Below, in pieces: positions 12,600 through 25,656 of a stretch of 64,000 nt of DNA. The stretch is from Octopus sinensis (Eukaryota), in contig NC_043002.1 of assembly GCF_006345805.1 (NCBI RefSeq), positions 48,608,001-48,672,000 on the forward strand, written 5' to 3'. The position numbers were made by a program, and so were the translations under genes. The number at the start of each line of letters is the position of its first letter. Within the stretch, counting starts at the first letter, position 1. The notes under the pieces are model-generated. The model was not told where the DNA came from, did not search any database, and worked only from the letters and a program-made list of their open reading frames with translations.

Positions 12600-13604
12600 T
12601 CTATCTTATATATTAAAAGGCAAGTTGTGTGTTGTGTGAACCACTTCTACTCCTACAATTTTCAACCGAATTTCACCAAATTTGACATGTGTGCTCTCTT
12701 TGACTCAGGACGCATTTTCTTATAACTGTTTCCTCGAAATTCCCCGCCCACAACATAAATAGACTACTCTCAATTCGCCTGGGATTTGAATCCATCACGT
12801 CTATGCAACGGTACGCGTACACTTTTCGGCGCTTTTTTAGAAACGCACCTCTCCAAGAAAATGACGCCTAATTTCTTTAAAAAATATGAAAATGGGAAAT
12901 ATATCCAAAATAAATGAAATATACAAAAAAATTAGGAAGATTTGTCTATTCTTAAATATTTTATACTAAAAAATAAAACATAGAAAACGGGCACTCGCGA
13001 ATATAAACAAACATGTCGGACGATACAAGGGGCGGTAACTTGTATCAGATATTATTTATGATATGAGAAGCCCGACAATAACGTTTGCAAATTCTTGATT
13101 ATTTTTAATCAGATTTTTTACTGCGCACACAGGTACGGGTTAGTGTAGCACGCGCTGCTACCACGTAACAGCTATTCGCAAATACCTGTTCAGTGGTAGC
13201 AGGACGTGCTAGAAATACCAGCCAAATTGGTCAATGTTTACAAGTACACCTACACGTCAACCCCCACCACTTTTATTTCTTATATATATACATTATAGCC
13301 TCTAGCCCACCAAACTCTTGTGAGTGGATTTCGTACACGGAAACTGAAAGAACATTGTCGTTTATATGTGTATATTAGTGTGTGTGGGGGGGGGGGTGCG
13401 TGTGTGTGCGTGTGTACCCCCACCATTGCTTTACAACCGATGTTGGTGTGTCTACATGCCTAACTTAGCGGTTCGGCAAAATACATTGATAGAATAATTA
13501 GTGGGCGGTGCTCCAGCATGACCGCAGTCACATGACCGAAACATGTAAAACAATAAAAAAACTATGCCATTTTAATCTCGAGCAAGGCCGGGTATCTCTA
13601 CTAG
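12600..13604 (+). mobile_element. Non-autonomous Helitron with a nested SINE
   Basis: 5' end A|TCTATCTTATATATTAAAAG. 3' end has an imperfect hairpin ctcg-agcaaggc-cggg (13577-13592), then CTAG|T (13601-13604). Inserted between A and T. Confidence 0.7.
13293..13560 (+). mobile_element. 5'-truncated SINE-A inside the Helitron
   Basis: Contains 'cttgtgagtggatt...gaaactgaaagaa' and the tail 'ctccagcatgaccgcagtc'. Confidence 0.8.
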
Positions 13605-14001
13605 TATACTATAAACTTTTGTTGGCAACAATCGTTGCGTGTTGGGTGACTAATTTATTTAGTTCAACAGCAGCTGAGGGAGTGAACAATGAACAATGAA
13701 ATGTCATTCGAGGTAACATGTGCTAAATATTCCATTCTGCCTTTCTTTTCGTTTGTTTAATTCACATAAAGTCGTAGCACCAACTACCAATGAATCGTAG
13801 GGCATTCTCAATTAGTATCTCGCTGATATTAATTAAAATTATATTGCCTACATTCATGTACTTTTATCTGCCATCCATAAATATATGTGTGTGTGTGTGT
13901 GTGTGTATTTGTTTATAGATAACTTCACTTCTCCCTCGAAAATAAGTTGTTCCAAGTTTAGAAGCAATGCATTCTGAACAAGCAAATGTTTAATTAGCAT
14001 G

Positions 14002-14032
<31 letters not shown>

Positions 14033-14970
14033 TGTGTGTGAATTAGGAACAACACATTTTCCAGGGAGGAGAGCGATTATCATTTTCAGATAAACTTTTG
14101 TTTTTAGCTTGTTCACTTTTTTATTTGTTAATCTGACTGGACATGCAGCGCGCAGGCTGATGCTATGATTTCTGCAGAAGACATCGTAACATCCAGAGTG
14201 TAGCGCACGACCTCTATTTGTTTTTTCACCTCATCATTTTTAAATAAGAGGCAGACTTTTCTGTACACTCTACCCTAGTCAAGGAAGAGTACATTTCGCT
14301 AGTTATGGACTAGGTTCCCCTTCACCTTTTATTTTGAGGGTGTATGTAAATTCTCTCCATTACTTTATATCATTTATTTGTATCTCTTTACGAAACGAAA
14401 GTAATGCAATTTTTTCAATGCTTGCTTTCCGTGAACAAATTTCTTTGGCAATAAGGCACAGTCAATATTTGCATCATAGCTCTTTCAATATTTTCTTTTG
14501 CATGGAGTAGCTTTACATTAATCGCATTCATTTGACTTAAAACTCTAATAAAAGAAGACGCTTCTACGGCTGATAATAGTATCATTATTGTTTACAATGT
14601 TCCTATTGTTTTGTCACAGTTTTTCAAATAGTAACTGCAAAGGTTTGAGTCTGAAACTGTGTTAGCTTGTGTAATTTTCTTGCTTTCTGGGAGATTTATA
14701 GTCTTTATAATTGAAAAAATTATGGTGTATATCGATCTTTGCAAACATTGTGTTTTGTAGGACCTTGCCTTTGGGGATCAAGGTTAGCCTAGATCTGTAG
14801 GATTCCTTGATTACTCCTCGGTAGCTGCCTCGTATTGGTCATTTTCCGTTATTAGTATTTGTATTACTACTGGTTTTGTTGTTTACTTTTAACACAACTA
14901 AATGTGAAACTTCTGTGTTGTACCTTGCATTTTTGTTAATTCTTAACCCCTGTAAGCCTTTGCACTCATA

Positions 14971-15141
14971 GGCGCAGGAGTGGCTGTGTGGTAAGTAGCT
15001 TGCTAACCAACCACATGGTTCTGGGTTCAGTCCCACTGCGTGGCATCTTGGGCAAGTGTCTTCTGCTATATCTCCGGGCCGACCAATGCCTTGTGAGTGG
15101 ATTTGGTAGACGGAAACTGAAAGAAGCCTGTCGTATATATG

Positions 15142-15196
<55 letters not shown>

Positions 15197-15417
15197 ATGT
15201 GTTTGTGTGTCTGTGTTTGTCCCCCTAGCATTGCTTGACAACCGATGCTGGTGTGTTATGTCCCCGTCACTTAGCGGTTCGGCAAAAGAGAACGATAGAA
15301 TAAGTACTAGGCTTACAAAGAATAAGTCCCGGGGTCGATTTGCTCGACTAAAGGCGGTTCTCCAGCATGGCCGCAGTCAAATGACTGAAACAAGTAAAAG
15401 AGTAAAGAGTAAGAGTA
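14971..15417 (+). mobile_element. SINE-A, full length
   Basis: A box 'tggctgtgtgg', B box 'gggttcagtccc', CORE-like 'gcatcttgggcaagtgtctt', internal (TA)n(TG)n, tail 'gtaaaaga'. Confidence 0.9.
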
Positions 15418-15789
15418 TGCGAAATTGTTGCTGTTGTCGTCGTTGTCGTTATTGTCCTGTTTGCCATGAGCAAATGCACGTCATTGAGTTCTCAAAGTAA
15501 TTGGAATTTTGACACGACTTCATTTAAAACACGGTTTTGAGTACTTTGCAAAGGGAAGCCTTTAGAATGTTTCTGCGTCTACCCTGTTTACCTAATGCTC
15601 ACCTAATGTTTACCTAACATAAGGTTTGCCTTTTCACATTCTAACACTTTATATACAATATATTACATTTGGATACGATGTCCTCTGCCTATGAAGGAGC
15701 GGTAAGATTTACTCACCAAAGGGTTGGCAGCACTAACATAAACAGATACGTCTCAACATTTTAATTAAATGCACGCAAAACTTTGGCAA

Positions 15790-16800
15790 CCTAGACAACA
15801 AATTTGTGATCTGTAAGTTGACCTAGATAGATTTCATGGGCAGGGAGCCGGTTACAGGAAGCTAAACGCGTCTTTCCCAGTGCTCAAAGCTTACAGAGAC
15901 AAGATTAGCAAATGAGTTATGAGGAAGATGACGGATGCAATTGTCAAGAGTGAACAGCGGTTCGCCTTGAAAAACACGATTAGAATAGAATCGATAAGGT
16001 TTAGTAAAGGAATAGCGATAGAGGAAACTAAATTAAATGGAAACCTAATTAGAAACGTAGAAGTATACATGAAAGTTATCGCGTCCGATCTGTTCGTAGT
16101 AAAATTGACTCTCAAACAGTGCTTCAACACGAAGCACGAAGGCTGCGTTGTCTGATCTAATGCGCATTCTTTAAGACTCAAAAGAACGAAAGTTGTTCAA
16201 GGGGCTCCAGTTACAAAGGCGTCACATGATTACAAAGATACATTTCTTTGACAGACACATCTGATTTCAGAATAGGTGGGTGCGGCTTTTCAACGGCACT
16301 TTGCTTCACTGTCTGGGACAAATGGTGAACTAGATCATAAAATGAAGGCCTTGTCTACATTGATGATCCGCCACAGTTCTTGGCAGCGGAGACGGACTAT
16401 CGTGAAAAATTGATAACAGACATTGGGATACGGGAGTGATAGTTAGCTGTACAAAAAGCAAATTACGTAATAGGGTGACCTGCTCTGCGAGCTTAACGCT
16501 TATATGCCAGACTTGTTTAGTGACCTCTTCATAGACATCCATTGCGACCCGTGGCAAAACGGAAAAATCACCAGTTCTGTGAATCGAAGATCTGTGGTGC
16601 TACAAGAGAAAGGACCCAAACAAAGGAGGCAACATTGATAACTTTTGACCCATAACTCTTCTAAACGCAAAGTTCAAGATTTTGGCCAAGAGGTTGGTGA
16701 GTGTTGTCGGCAATCTGATTCGTGATGCACAGATATGCGCCATCTCGAACAGATCGATACTTTGAAGTATTTGTTCCAGCTCTTTATTAACAGAGCTTAA
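15790..16800 (+). pseudogene. Degraded L1/Tx1 ORF2 (end of endonuclease, linker, start of RT)
   Basis: Pieces read GYRKLNAS, the linker (ALKNTIRIESIRFSK...KQCFNTKHEGC), then KDPNKGGNIDNF*PITLLNAKFKILAKRLVSVVGNLI..Q.CAI. This matches the L1/Tx1 RT N-terminal 'RPITLLN.D.KILAK' motif. Confidence 0.75.
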
Positions 16801-18019
16801 ATTCCATCCTGGTCGGCATTGACTTTTATCTTCATCTTTACGTGATTCATAGGATAAAGCATTGGGCAAGTTCTGAGGTTAATGTAATTGACTAAACCAC
16901 TACCCTCAAAATTTCTGGTCTTTTGCTTACATTCGAAATCACTAAATAGAATTATCAGCGCATCGAAAAAATACATTGTGGTATTTCTACCAGCTTTTTA
17001 CACTCTGAGTTCAAATCCTGCACGAAGTCAACCTTGTCTTTTATCCCTCTGGCATCGATTCAATAAAATACTAGTTAAACAGTGAGGTTCTTTTAATCGA
17101 CTAACCTCAACCCACCAAATATTAAATCTTGCGCCTATATTAGTAAATTATTTTAAGTCTAGTTTTGCATATACTTCGTTATTTGTAATAACATTTAGTA
17201 CGGAAGTTCATACTGGGTATCAGCTACAATGATGACAGTATTTATAGGAGTGCTTAACAAAAGTCACGAGCGAGTTCTTGCTGTCTTTAATAGATTTTTA
17301 AAACCTCCAGATTGTCATTAGACTGTAGTTAGATTTCATACGATGAAAACAAATTTTCTTTTCAAACCATTGTAGGCGAGATGTGTTAAGCGTATCAACC
17401 AATCACCATAATAGTGGTACTGTATAAATATTTAAGTGCACAGTATGACTTAGAAGAACCAGAGAATGTTAATAAATAACATGTTTTGGTTTTCACCAAT
17501 CACGATTATCTTTTTCAATAAAGAATAGTAAATGAAACTATTATTTCCTTGATACTTAGTAAGATTGCTATTATTGTTTGTTACATTAGTTACCTGCATA
17601 TTTTACTTTTGTTACCAATTCAAGAGCGATTTGTGTAATTCGTGACTTAATGGTACATTCCATTCGTGTATGCTATCGTTCAATTAAATTGCAGCATTTC
17701 ATGTGAATTTATTTAGTTACTTTTGGTTCTTCGACAATATTCAACAAACATAATACATGTAAATTTTTATCACTGAAATTCATTCCCAGTATATCGAAGC
17801 TGTATTGAATCTGTATATATCATTTAGCTCAGCAGTTGCAAAAGAAAAATATTACATCGTACCATATAATAATGCGAAGTGGTAAGTTGCATTGATATTA
17901 TTTCAGTTTTTATTCTCATCATTGCTTGCTATCATGTCGTTAGAATTCCTACGACAATGACGTTATTGTTTATGCCTGCTTTATTTTTGATTTGATGTCT
18001 CAATAAGTTGTTTTAAGTA

Positions 18020-18099
<80 letters not shown>

Positions 18100-18129
18100 T
18101 TCTCCCCATTCTTCTCTAATTCCCTTTTT

Positions 18130-18795
18130 CTCCCCTTCACCGTTTTCTAATTGTCTCTTTTTCTCCCTCTTTCTCTTTTTCCCTTTCTCGTTGCTCACGA
18201 GTGACCATCGTCCATCTTTCTTTTCCTCACATGAGCATTTTTCTTTTCCTGCACGACGTTTTAAGGACTGGACGTATCCTATCTCGCTCTTCTATTTTTC
18301 TCTTTTCAAAGAAAATATTTCTCCCACCGTTCACTATTTTTCCCTCGTTCTGGTCTAACGACCCTCCGTGTTTGTTTTCCTTTGGTTTCCTTGTATGTCT
18401 CCACTGCCCTGTTTTTACTCCCGACTTGACCCTCCATAAATCAAAAATTTTATTTTGAAATTTATGGGAACAACTGTCTTCGAAGACTTATATTGTCGTT
18501 GAAAGTTCAAAATGAGGAGTAGATAGACAGCCGACAACTGATGAAGGGTCATTCTTTGTGTTACTTGTCCTGTTTTCCATTTTTTCTCTCGTTGTTTGCG
18601 TATTTAACACGTTTATTTTCATACTTCATATTGTTTACAGTTGGTGATGTCTTGTACCTATGTATGCATACACACTCACATATATATATTATATATATAT
18701 GTGTGTGTGTGTGTGTGTATGTATGCATGTATGTATATATGTATATATATATATATGCATGAATGCATATGTATATTATTTATATTATACATATA

Positions 18796-18893
<98 letters not shown>

Positions 18894-19200
18894 AACATTA
18901 TTTGTTATAATGTCTTGTTGTTGAGATAGGCTCTCTTTCTTTCCTGATGAGAAGATTGCATTTTACACATTTATTCCTTTGGAATAAAACCAATGTTGTC
19001 TTCGAAATATATATCGAAAGTAAAAGAATTTTTATTACATCTTCGTTCAACTCCATTTATTTACTTATACCACACAAATTACTGTACATTAACCCGGAGT
19101 TTCTACCTTTGAATAGGTCGCTTCATCCGTGTTACTTGCGTGAATTTTGCTACCCTGGTAACTGTTTATTGATTGTTCCAAGTTAACGGTAAACAAAGGA
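18130..19200 (+). mobile_element. Penelope-like terminal (pLTR-like) repeat, interrupted by microsatellite
   Basis: 18900-19075 is homologous to the reverse complement of 60855-61030 and carries a hammerhead motif. The family assignment is inferred from the hammerhead. Confidence 0.55.
18939..19020 (+). ncRNA. Type I hammerhead ribozyme motif with complete core and long helix II
   Basis: CTTTC-CTGATGA-GAAGA...TCTTC-GAA-ATATATAT-C-GAAAG. Helix I is 5 bp, helix II is closed by G-C, helix III is palindromic, cleavage triplet AUC with the site after 19015. Confidence 0.75.
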
Positions 19201-19214
19201 TAATTCATTCATCC

Positions 19215-19248
<34 letters not shown>

Positions 19249-19253
<5 letters not shown>

Positions 19254-20328
19254 TAGATAAAAACTTAGATATGTTTCGACCAAAGATTGGTCCAGGCGAT
19301 GTCTAACTTAATAGCACTACCTGATAGGATTATTCGAATCCTGTTTAAGTCAAGTTTTGTTTATAGTCCATTCAAGTAGTGAGTTCTTGTTGGGTGAGTT
19401 GTATCCAATTATGGGTGGCTTATCTGGTATTCTTTGAAGGAATCTATCCAGACTCCGTTTAAAGTTGATGGGATCCTTTTCCTCTTTGATCTCCCTCGAG
19501 ACAATGTTAAATAGGGCAGGGCCTGTTGAGGAAAAGAAATTATGTTGCAGTGTACATGTATGCTGTGATCTTGAATTGGGCAGGGGACGTATGGCCCGTG
19601 GTCCCAGTCTTGGATGAACCTTGAAGCTAATGTTAAGGTCGTTTGGGCAAAGTTGGCGGTATATTCTCCACATCGTACAAATGATGTACCGCTCACGGCG
19701 ACGCTGGAGAGAGTAAAGTTTCAAGGCTTTAAGGCGATCCCAATAATCGAGAGCAGCCATGCCTTCAATTCGTTTAGTGAGTACCCTCTGGAGTGACTCA
19801 ATCCTGGAGATGTTTTGCCTTGTAAGGGGAGACCACAGTGGGCAGCAATATTCGAGATGTGGCCGTACAAAGGAGGAGAAAAGTGGTATGATGACACCTT
19901 GTTCTCTGGACCGGAAAGTTCTTAAGATCCAGGAACTCATCCTACGAGCTATATCGACCTTCTTGTTGATGTGTGCACTCCAACTGAGATCGTCATGAAC
20001 AATTACACCCAGGTCTCTGATATTGTTAGAGGCTGTGAGCGGTTCCCCTGAAGGAAGAGAGTATGGCTGTTTTAGTGAGGAATTTCTTCCAAAATGCATC
20101 AGCTCAAATTTTCCCTCATTCAGTTGCATTTTGTTTCTGTCTGCCCATTGACTCATAGCATATAGATCAGACTGGAGTTGAGTTCGGTCTGCTTCTTCAT
20201 TGACGATTTGCTGGAGCTTAGTGTCATCAGCAAATATTTTCACTTTGCAGTAATGTACGACACTGGAAAGGTCGTTTATGTAAATTATGAAGAGTAGCGG
20301 ACCCAAGACAGTCCCCTGGGGGACACCG

Positions 20329-20331
<3 letters not shown>
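19249..20331 (-). mobile_element. 5'-truncated CR1/L2-group LINE (RT C-terminal half plus 3' UTR)
   Basis: Stop-free 326 codons from SGVPQGTVLGPLLFIIYINDL through FADDTKL and RPHLEYCCPLWSP to the stop at 19350. 3' tail is (atctaagttt)x2. Flanked by (TA)n on both sides. Confidence 0.93.
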
Positions 20332-20372
<41 letters not shown>

Positions 20373-21561
20373 CTTATAGCAATTCACGATCAGTCTGTGG
20401 TGTTTGTGAGCGAAAATTTTCTTAGAATCTGTTTTCAGACATTTCCAGTTTACATCCATATCTTTTATTGTTCCGAGTACTCTTGTCAGTACTTGATGTT
20501 TTTAAATTTAATTCTTTTTATTAGTGTTTGTCATTCGAATCATCATTTATTAAAGTTACTTTCATTCTGTTAACATATTAAAGTCGTTCATCTTTGTAAT
20601 ATAACAAAGTGTTTACATAAGAGCCATCTGTTTTCGTGAGTGAATGCTTATTCAGTATTGTTTAGTAGAAACAGTAGTATTTGGTGCGTTATTTTGTTTG
20701 CTAATAATGATTTCAGCCTGATGAGAAAACAAAAGATATTGAAAATCGGATAGCGAATTATAATTATAATCCCATCTTTATTATTTCACTGAAATATTTT
20801 GGTTGCATGTTTATATTTTAGCAATTAATATGATTCCGCATAAAGTGGTTCATAAAGTTTTATTTAGTCTCTTTCCTCTGTTTTCTCTCCACGGATTCTG
20901 GTCGGGTTTAAATCCATCCAAAATCCATATAGTCTTTCATTCCTCCATTAATTTGGAGTCTTATGATTCCTATTTAAATGTAATAAGTCTTTTAAATAAA
21001 AAACGATAGAATTCGTGTTTTATCGCTTTGTGTATTTTATATATGGAAACATAAGTTAATTTTTGTTTCTTTACTCTAATAGCTCTACTTCGAATCTGTT
21101 CTTTAATAATATCTTATAGGAGCTGTAAATTGTATTTTATATTAACGACTACCTCCTTGATAATCTTTTTATACAAAGTTTTAAAAGAAATTTTATCTAT
21201 AGATTTAATATTCAGTGTCTACGCATGAAATTACAAATTGTATGTGTTGAGCTTTATCATCATTGTTTATATCTGATTAAACTGCTCCAATTTTCGCCAA
21301 TATACAATATATTTGTAATTACGCATCTGTAAGTTTTAGATGTGACAATTACACATACTTTATTTTGTCAGCCATTGAGTGAACGTCATCTTTCCTGTGG
21401 ATTCCATTCTTGTTCATATGCCCCTTTTATAAAAAGACACCCAGTACCGGCTTTCACAGGTGAAGTGCATTTAAATATCACGTGTTCGTTGATGTTTCTG
21501 TTAGTTAAGTTGTTTAAAGGTCATTATTCGCAGGAACTAGACTGTATATAGAAAATAAAGA

Positions 21562-21746
21562 TATAGGTACAGACGCCGTTGTGTGGTAAGAAGCTTGCTT
21601 CCCAACCCACATGGTTCCAGGTTCAGTCTCACTGCGTAGCATCTTGGTGGGCAAGTGTCTTCTACTATAACCTCGGGCTCACAAAAGCCTTGTGAGTCGA
21701 TATGGTAGACGGGAACTGAAAGGAAACCCGTCGTATATATATATAT

Positions 21747-21807
<61 letters not shown>

Positions 21808-22030
21808 GTGTATGTGCCTATGTTTTTATGTTTGTCTCCATCATCACTTAACATACGGTATTGGTGTGTTTACGTCCCCATAACTTAGCGGTTCGGCAAA
21901 AAAGTCCTTAGAATAAGTACTAGACTTTTAAAAAATAAGCCCTAAGGTCGACTTGTTCCACTAAAATCCTTCAGGGCGATGCTCCAGCATGGCTGCAGTC
22001 AAATGACTGAAACAACTAAAAGAATAAAAG
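21562..22030 (+). mobile_element. SINE-A with internal (GATA)n
   Basis: Head, CORE-like segment and tail as at 14971. Confidence 0.85.
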
Positions 22031-23143
22031 AATATATTGCAGTGGTTAAGTGTTATTGTACAACATGAAGATTGAGAGAGAGAGGGAATGGAACAAAAGA
22101 AAATGTTGAAAAAGAAAAAGCATTAGAATTGGAAATGTGGCATACAGCTACAGTCAAACAACACATACTGAGTAGTATCGAGGACATATCTGATACACTT
22201 TGATAACACAACAAAAAAAAAACTGGAATGTAATACATGTGCGAAAACAAGTTTAATATTTATGACATATAGATATCAAGATTCAAGCATATTAAACGTT
22301 GCTTCGAAATTAAAACTATTTTTGGCAACAACTCTTAAGTGTTTTCGGAAAGCCAAAGGACGACAACTCTACTGTCACGGCTTTACGGTTGTTATCCTCC
22401 CATGCAGATCCGTGGGTAAAGATATATTTGTGAACTTGTACAAGAAATTCTATTTCTCCTGTCAGGCCAATAATCTTGAAAACCAAGACTGAGTAACTGT
22501 CAGTCTTTCACTTACAAAAATCGTTTTAAGTTATACGCTACAATTAATATATTTGCAATAAAGATATATATATTTGAAATATATGCATGCCATATATCAA
22601 ATATGTTTTCTTATATGGAAATATTTGATAGTAATGTTGCATGGCACTTCATGCAAAATTTTAAACAATTATTCATCATGCCTGTGTCTTCTACAATTAT
22701 AACACTTTACTGATAACTCCAAGCGACCCAGATTTCCTCACAATAGAATTTGTAGTGTTTTCTTAGCATTGATTTTTAAGGAGAAATAAAGAATATACAA
22801 CCGCCATTTTAAAAGAATGAAGTATAATGTAGAAGTCCTGTTTCTTTATCTTTAGTTTTTTTGGCCTAGGGCATATGTAATTTACTCTGAATTGTATTTC
22901 TTCAGTGCTGCTAATTAGCTTCTCTTCTGCAATTTTTCTTCGAGAATCGTCATACAATTATCTCCGACAATTCAAAATTCGTTACCATATTTTCCGTTCT
23001 GAAAACAAAGGAAGATATTGAAGTAAATTTCTAATGATTTTAAAGTAAATGCCGGTTCTTGAGTTTTCAACGTAAGGACTTTTTAAAATGTGATCAACAA
23101 TTAATTCATACCTGAATGAAAATTTGCAATAATATTCGCATAA

Positions 23144-23179
<36 letters not shown>

Positions 23180-23871
23180 AGTATGTATATGTGTGTGCAT
23201 AAATATAACAAATATAAATATATATTTATATACATCAATATACAAATATGCGTCTATCTGCGTGTGTACATATATACATGCATACTTATATGAATGTATG
23301 TGTTTGTGTGTATGTGTGTGTGTGTGTGTGTGTGTTTGTGTGTGTCTGTGTATGTGTATGTATGTGTGTGTGTGTGTATGTGTGTGTGTGTATGTGTGTG
23401 TGTGTGTATGTGTGTGTGTGTGTGTGTGTGTGTACACGCTCCTTAGACTTCGACCCACCATGGATTGCTTTTTTTAAAACGAACTATTTTGAGATATTTT
23501 TGAGGGGTAAATTTTTTTTTTTTTTGTCGATTGACATGTTTTAGTAATTCCTTTTGATTACCTGTTTTAGTCAATTTGTATATACCTTTTCTTGATAGGC
23601 CTTTCTATATATTTTGTATATATATATATATATGTTTTACCATCTGTGCTTTTATATATGTATTTCTTTTATATATTGAAGGTCATGGTAATGGTTATAT
23701 ATAATGAAATGTATGGAAACGTAGTGTTATATTAAGTCGTTGGCCCAAATTTGATGTTTGTTCTCTAATTAATTTCTTTTTGTCTTTGTCTCTATCTCGT
23801 TTGAACACTTCTTTTTGCAGTCCTATAAACCATTTTTGTTTCCATAAAAAGAAGCAAAAGTTATTTCTTGT

Positions 23872-23903
<32 letters not shown>

Positions 23904-23904
<1 letters not shown>

Positions 23905-24423
23905 TAGCAGTATCGCCCGTAGTTGCTCGGGTTTGTAAGGGAAATAACTATATAAGCATTTTTAGTGAGTTATAGCAAAAAAATAGCAAAAAAATGCATT
24001 AAAAATGGAATAAAAAATGATGGTAATTATGGTGTCTTCAAGCCATGAAGTCGTTGTTCTAAAAGAACGCTGGTCTCCTTGACAACGCTTTACGACGTTG
24101 ATTTCCTTACACTCCCTTCCCCACAGCTTCACGAGGGAGGGAAGAAGGGGGAGAAGCAACACAGGTGCAGGTGTGAGCATGGACGCCAACTCCGCCGCCA
24201 TCGACACACGAAAAAATATGCGTTAAAATGGAAAAAAATGGTGTTAAATTATTTTTAAAATCGTAGACTCATCGTAGACGCGCGCTAATACCCAGACGGG
24301 CTCGATATGAATCACGACTATAAGATACCCGAATTTGGTTAAACTGCACCGCAAAATGTGGGAGTAGTTACGAATCTAAATCGTAGGAGACAGACACTCA
24401 CACAACTACAGTTTTATATATAT

Positions 24424-24426
<3 letters not shown>
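23904..24426 (-). mobile_element. Non-autonomous Helitron, 523 bp
   Basis: Minus strand starts A|TCTATATATATAAAAC and ends with hairpin cccg-agcaacta-cggg (23916-23931), then CTAG|T. AT target, no TSD. Confidence 0.8.
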
Positions 24427-24462
<36 letters not shown>

Positions 24463-25426
24463 CATATATATATATACTCACATATATATATATATACATA
24501 TATATACACACATACATATATATATACACACACACATATATATATATACATATATATATACACACATTTCCAATTCCCATTCCCATTACCCTATTTCATG
24601 TCCTATTCCATTCCCTGTTCAGTTCCCGTTTTAGTTCCGCTCCCATTATCATCACCAAACCCAGGTCAATATGTACACACACGTAGTCACGAGTTTAAAA
24701 TGGTGTATAGTAGACATATGTATATATGTATTATGTATTTATGTATGTATTATGTATGAGTGTGTGCGTGTGTGTACGTGTGAATGGGTGCGTGTGAGTG
24801 TATGTGTCTGTGAGTGAGTGTTTCTTTACGATGGACAGCAGAAAAGCCACCTACCCCCTCTCTCCTTAAAGATACGTATGTATTCCTCACCCCCACCTTT
24901 CTGTGTGTGTGCGCGTGTGTGTGTGTGCGTGTGCGTGTGTGTGTGTGCGTGTGTGTTTGTGTATGTGCGTGTGTGTGTGTGCGTGTGTGTGTGTTTATCT
25001 ATGTATCTACGAGGGTATGTATGTGGCGTCGTGTGTATATACATCAGCTTTATTAACATTGTCATCCTATTTTCACCGCTGTTATCACTTTCACTTATAT
25101 AACTCACCTTTGTGTTACTACCTCAGACTTGTAATTTTGCAACCTTCTCATTTTATCATATAATTTGCCCAACGCCCCTGAGGACACATTATAGATTTTT
25201 ATTGAAATCTAAATAGCCTATTATAGAACTGGATGTTAGTGTCACGTGTATGCAAAGTTTCGTGAATATTAATTCGGCGGTTTAGGCACTAAGTTGGTAA
25301 CAGACAGACAGAAATTGCAATATATATATAGAGAGAGAGGGGGGGAGAGATGTTTGTATGTATGTATGTATTATATATGTATGTGTAGATATATATATAT
25401 ATATGTGTGTGTATATGTATGTGTTT

Positions 25427-25600
25427 ATGTGGCTGTGTGTTAAGTAGCTTGTTTACCAGCCACACGGTTCCGGGTTCAGTCCCACTGCGTGGCACCGCGG
25501 GCAAGTGTCTTCTACTGTAGCCTCGGGCCGACCAAAGCCTTGTGAGTGGATTTGGTAGACAGAAACTGAAAGAAGCCCGTCGTATATATGTATATATGTA

Positions 25601-25656
<56 letters not shown>

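Noticed and set aside
16290-16380. Gypsy RT motifs (GAAFQR...GLVYIDD)
   Set aside because: The flanking frames match the L1/Tx1 ORF2 linker leading into RPITLLN, so the resemblance is coincidental.
18530-18580. CTGATGAAGGG as a hammerhead
   Set aside because: No downstream GAAA or closing stems.
19350-20459. 369-aa ORF as a host gene
   Set aside because: Chimeric: the first 43 residues come from flanking DNA and a (TA)n tract (YIYI), and the rest is a truncated LINE RT.
20372-20700. Degraded LINE endonuclease next to the RT fragment
   Set aside because: Only a vague HRLI-like motif, too decayed to support.
20710-20760. CTGATGA...GAAA as a hammerhead
   Set aside because: No helix II or helix I pairing and no UH site in the right place.
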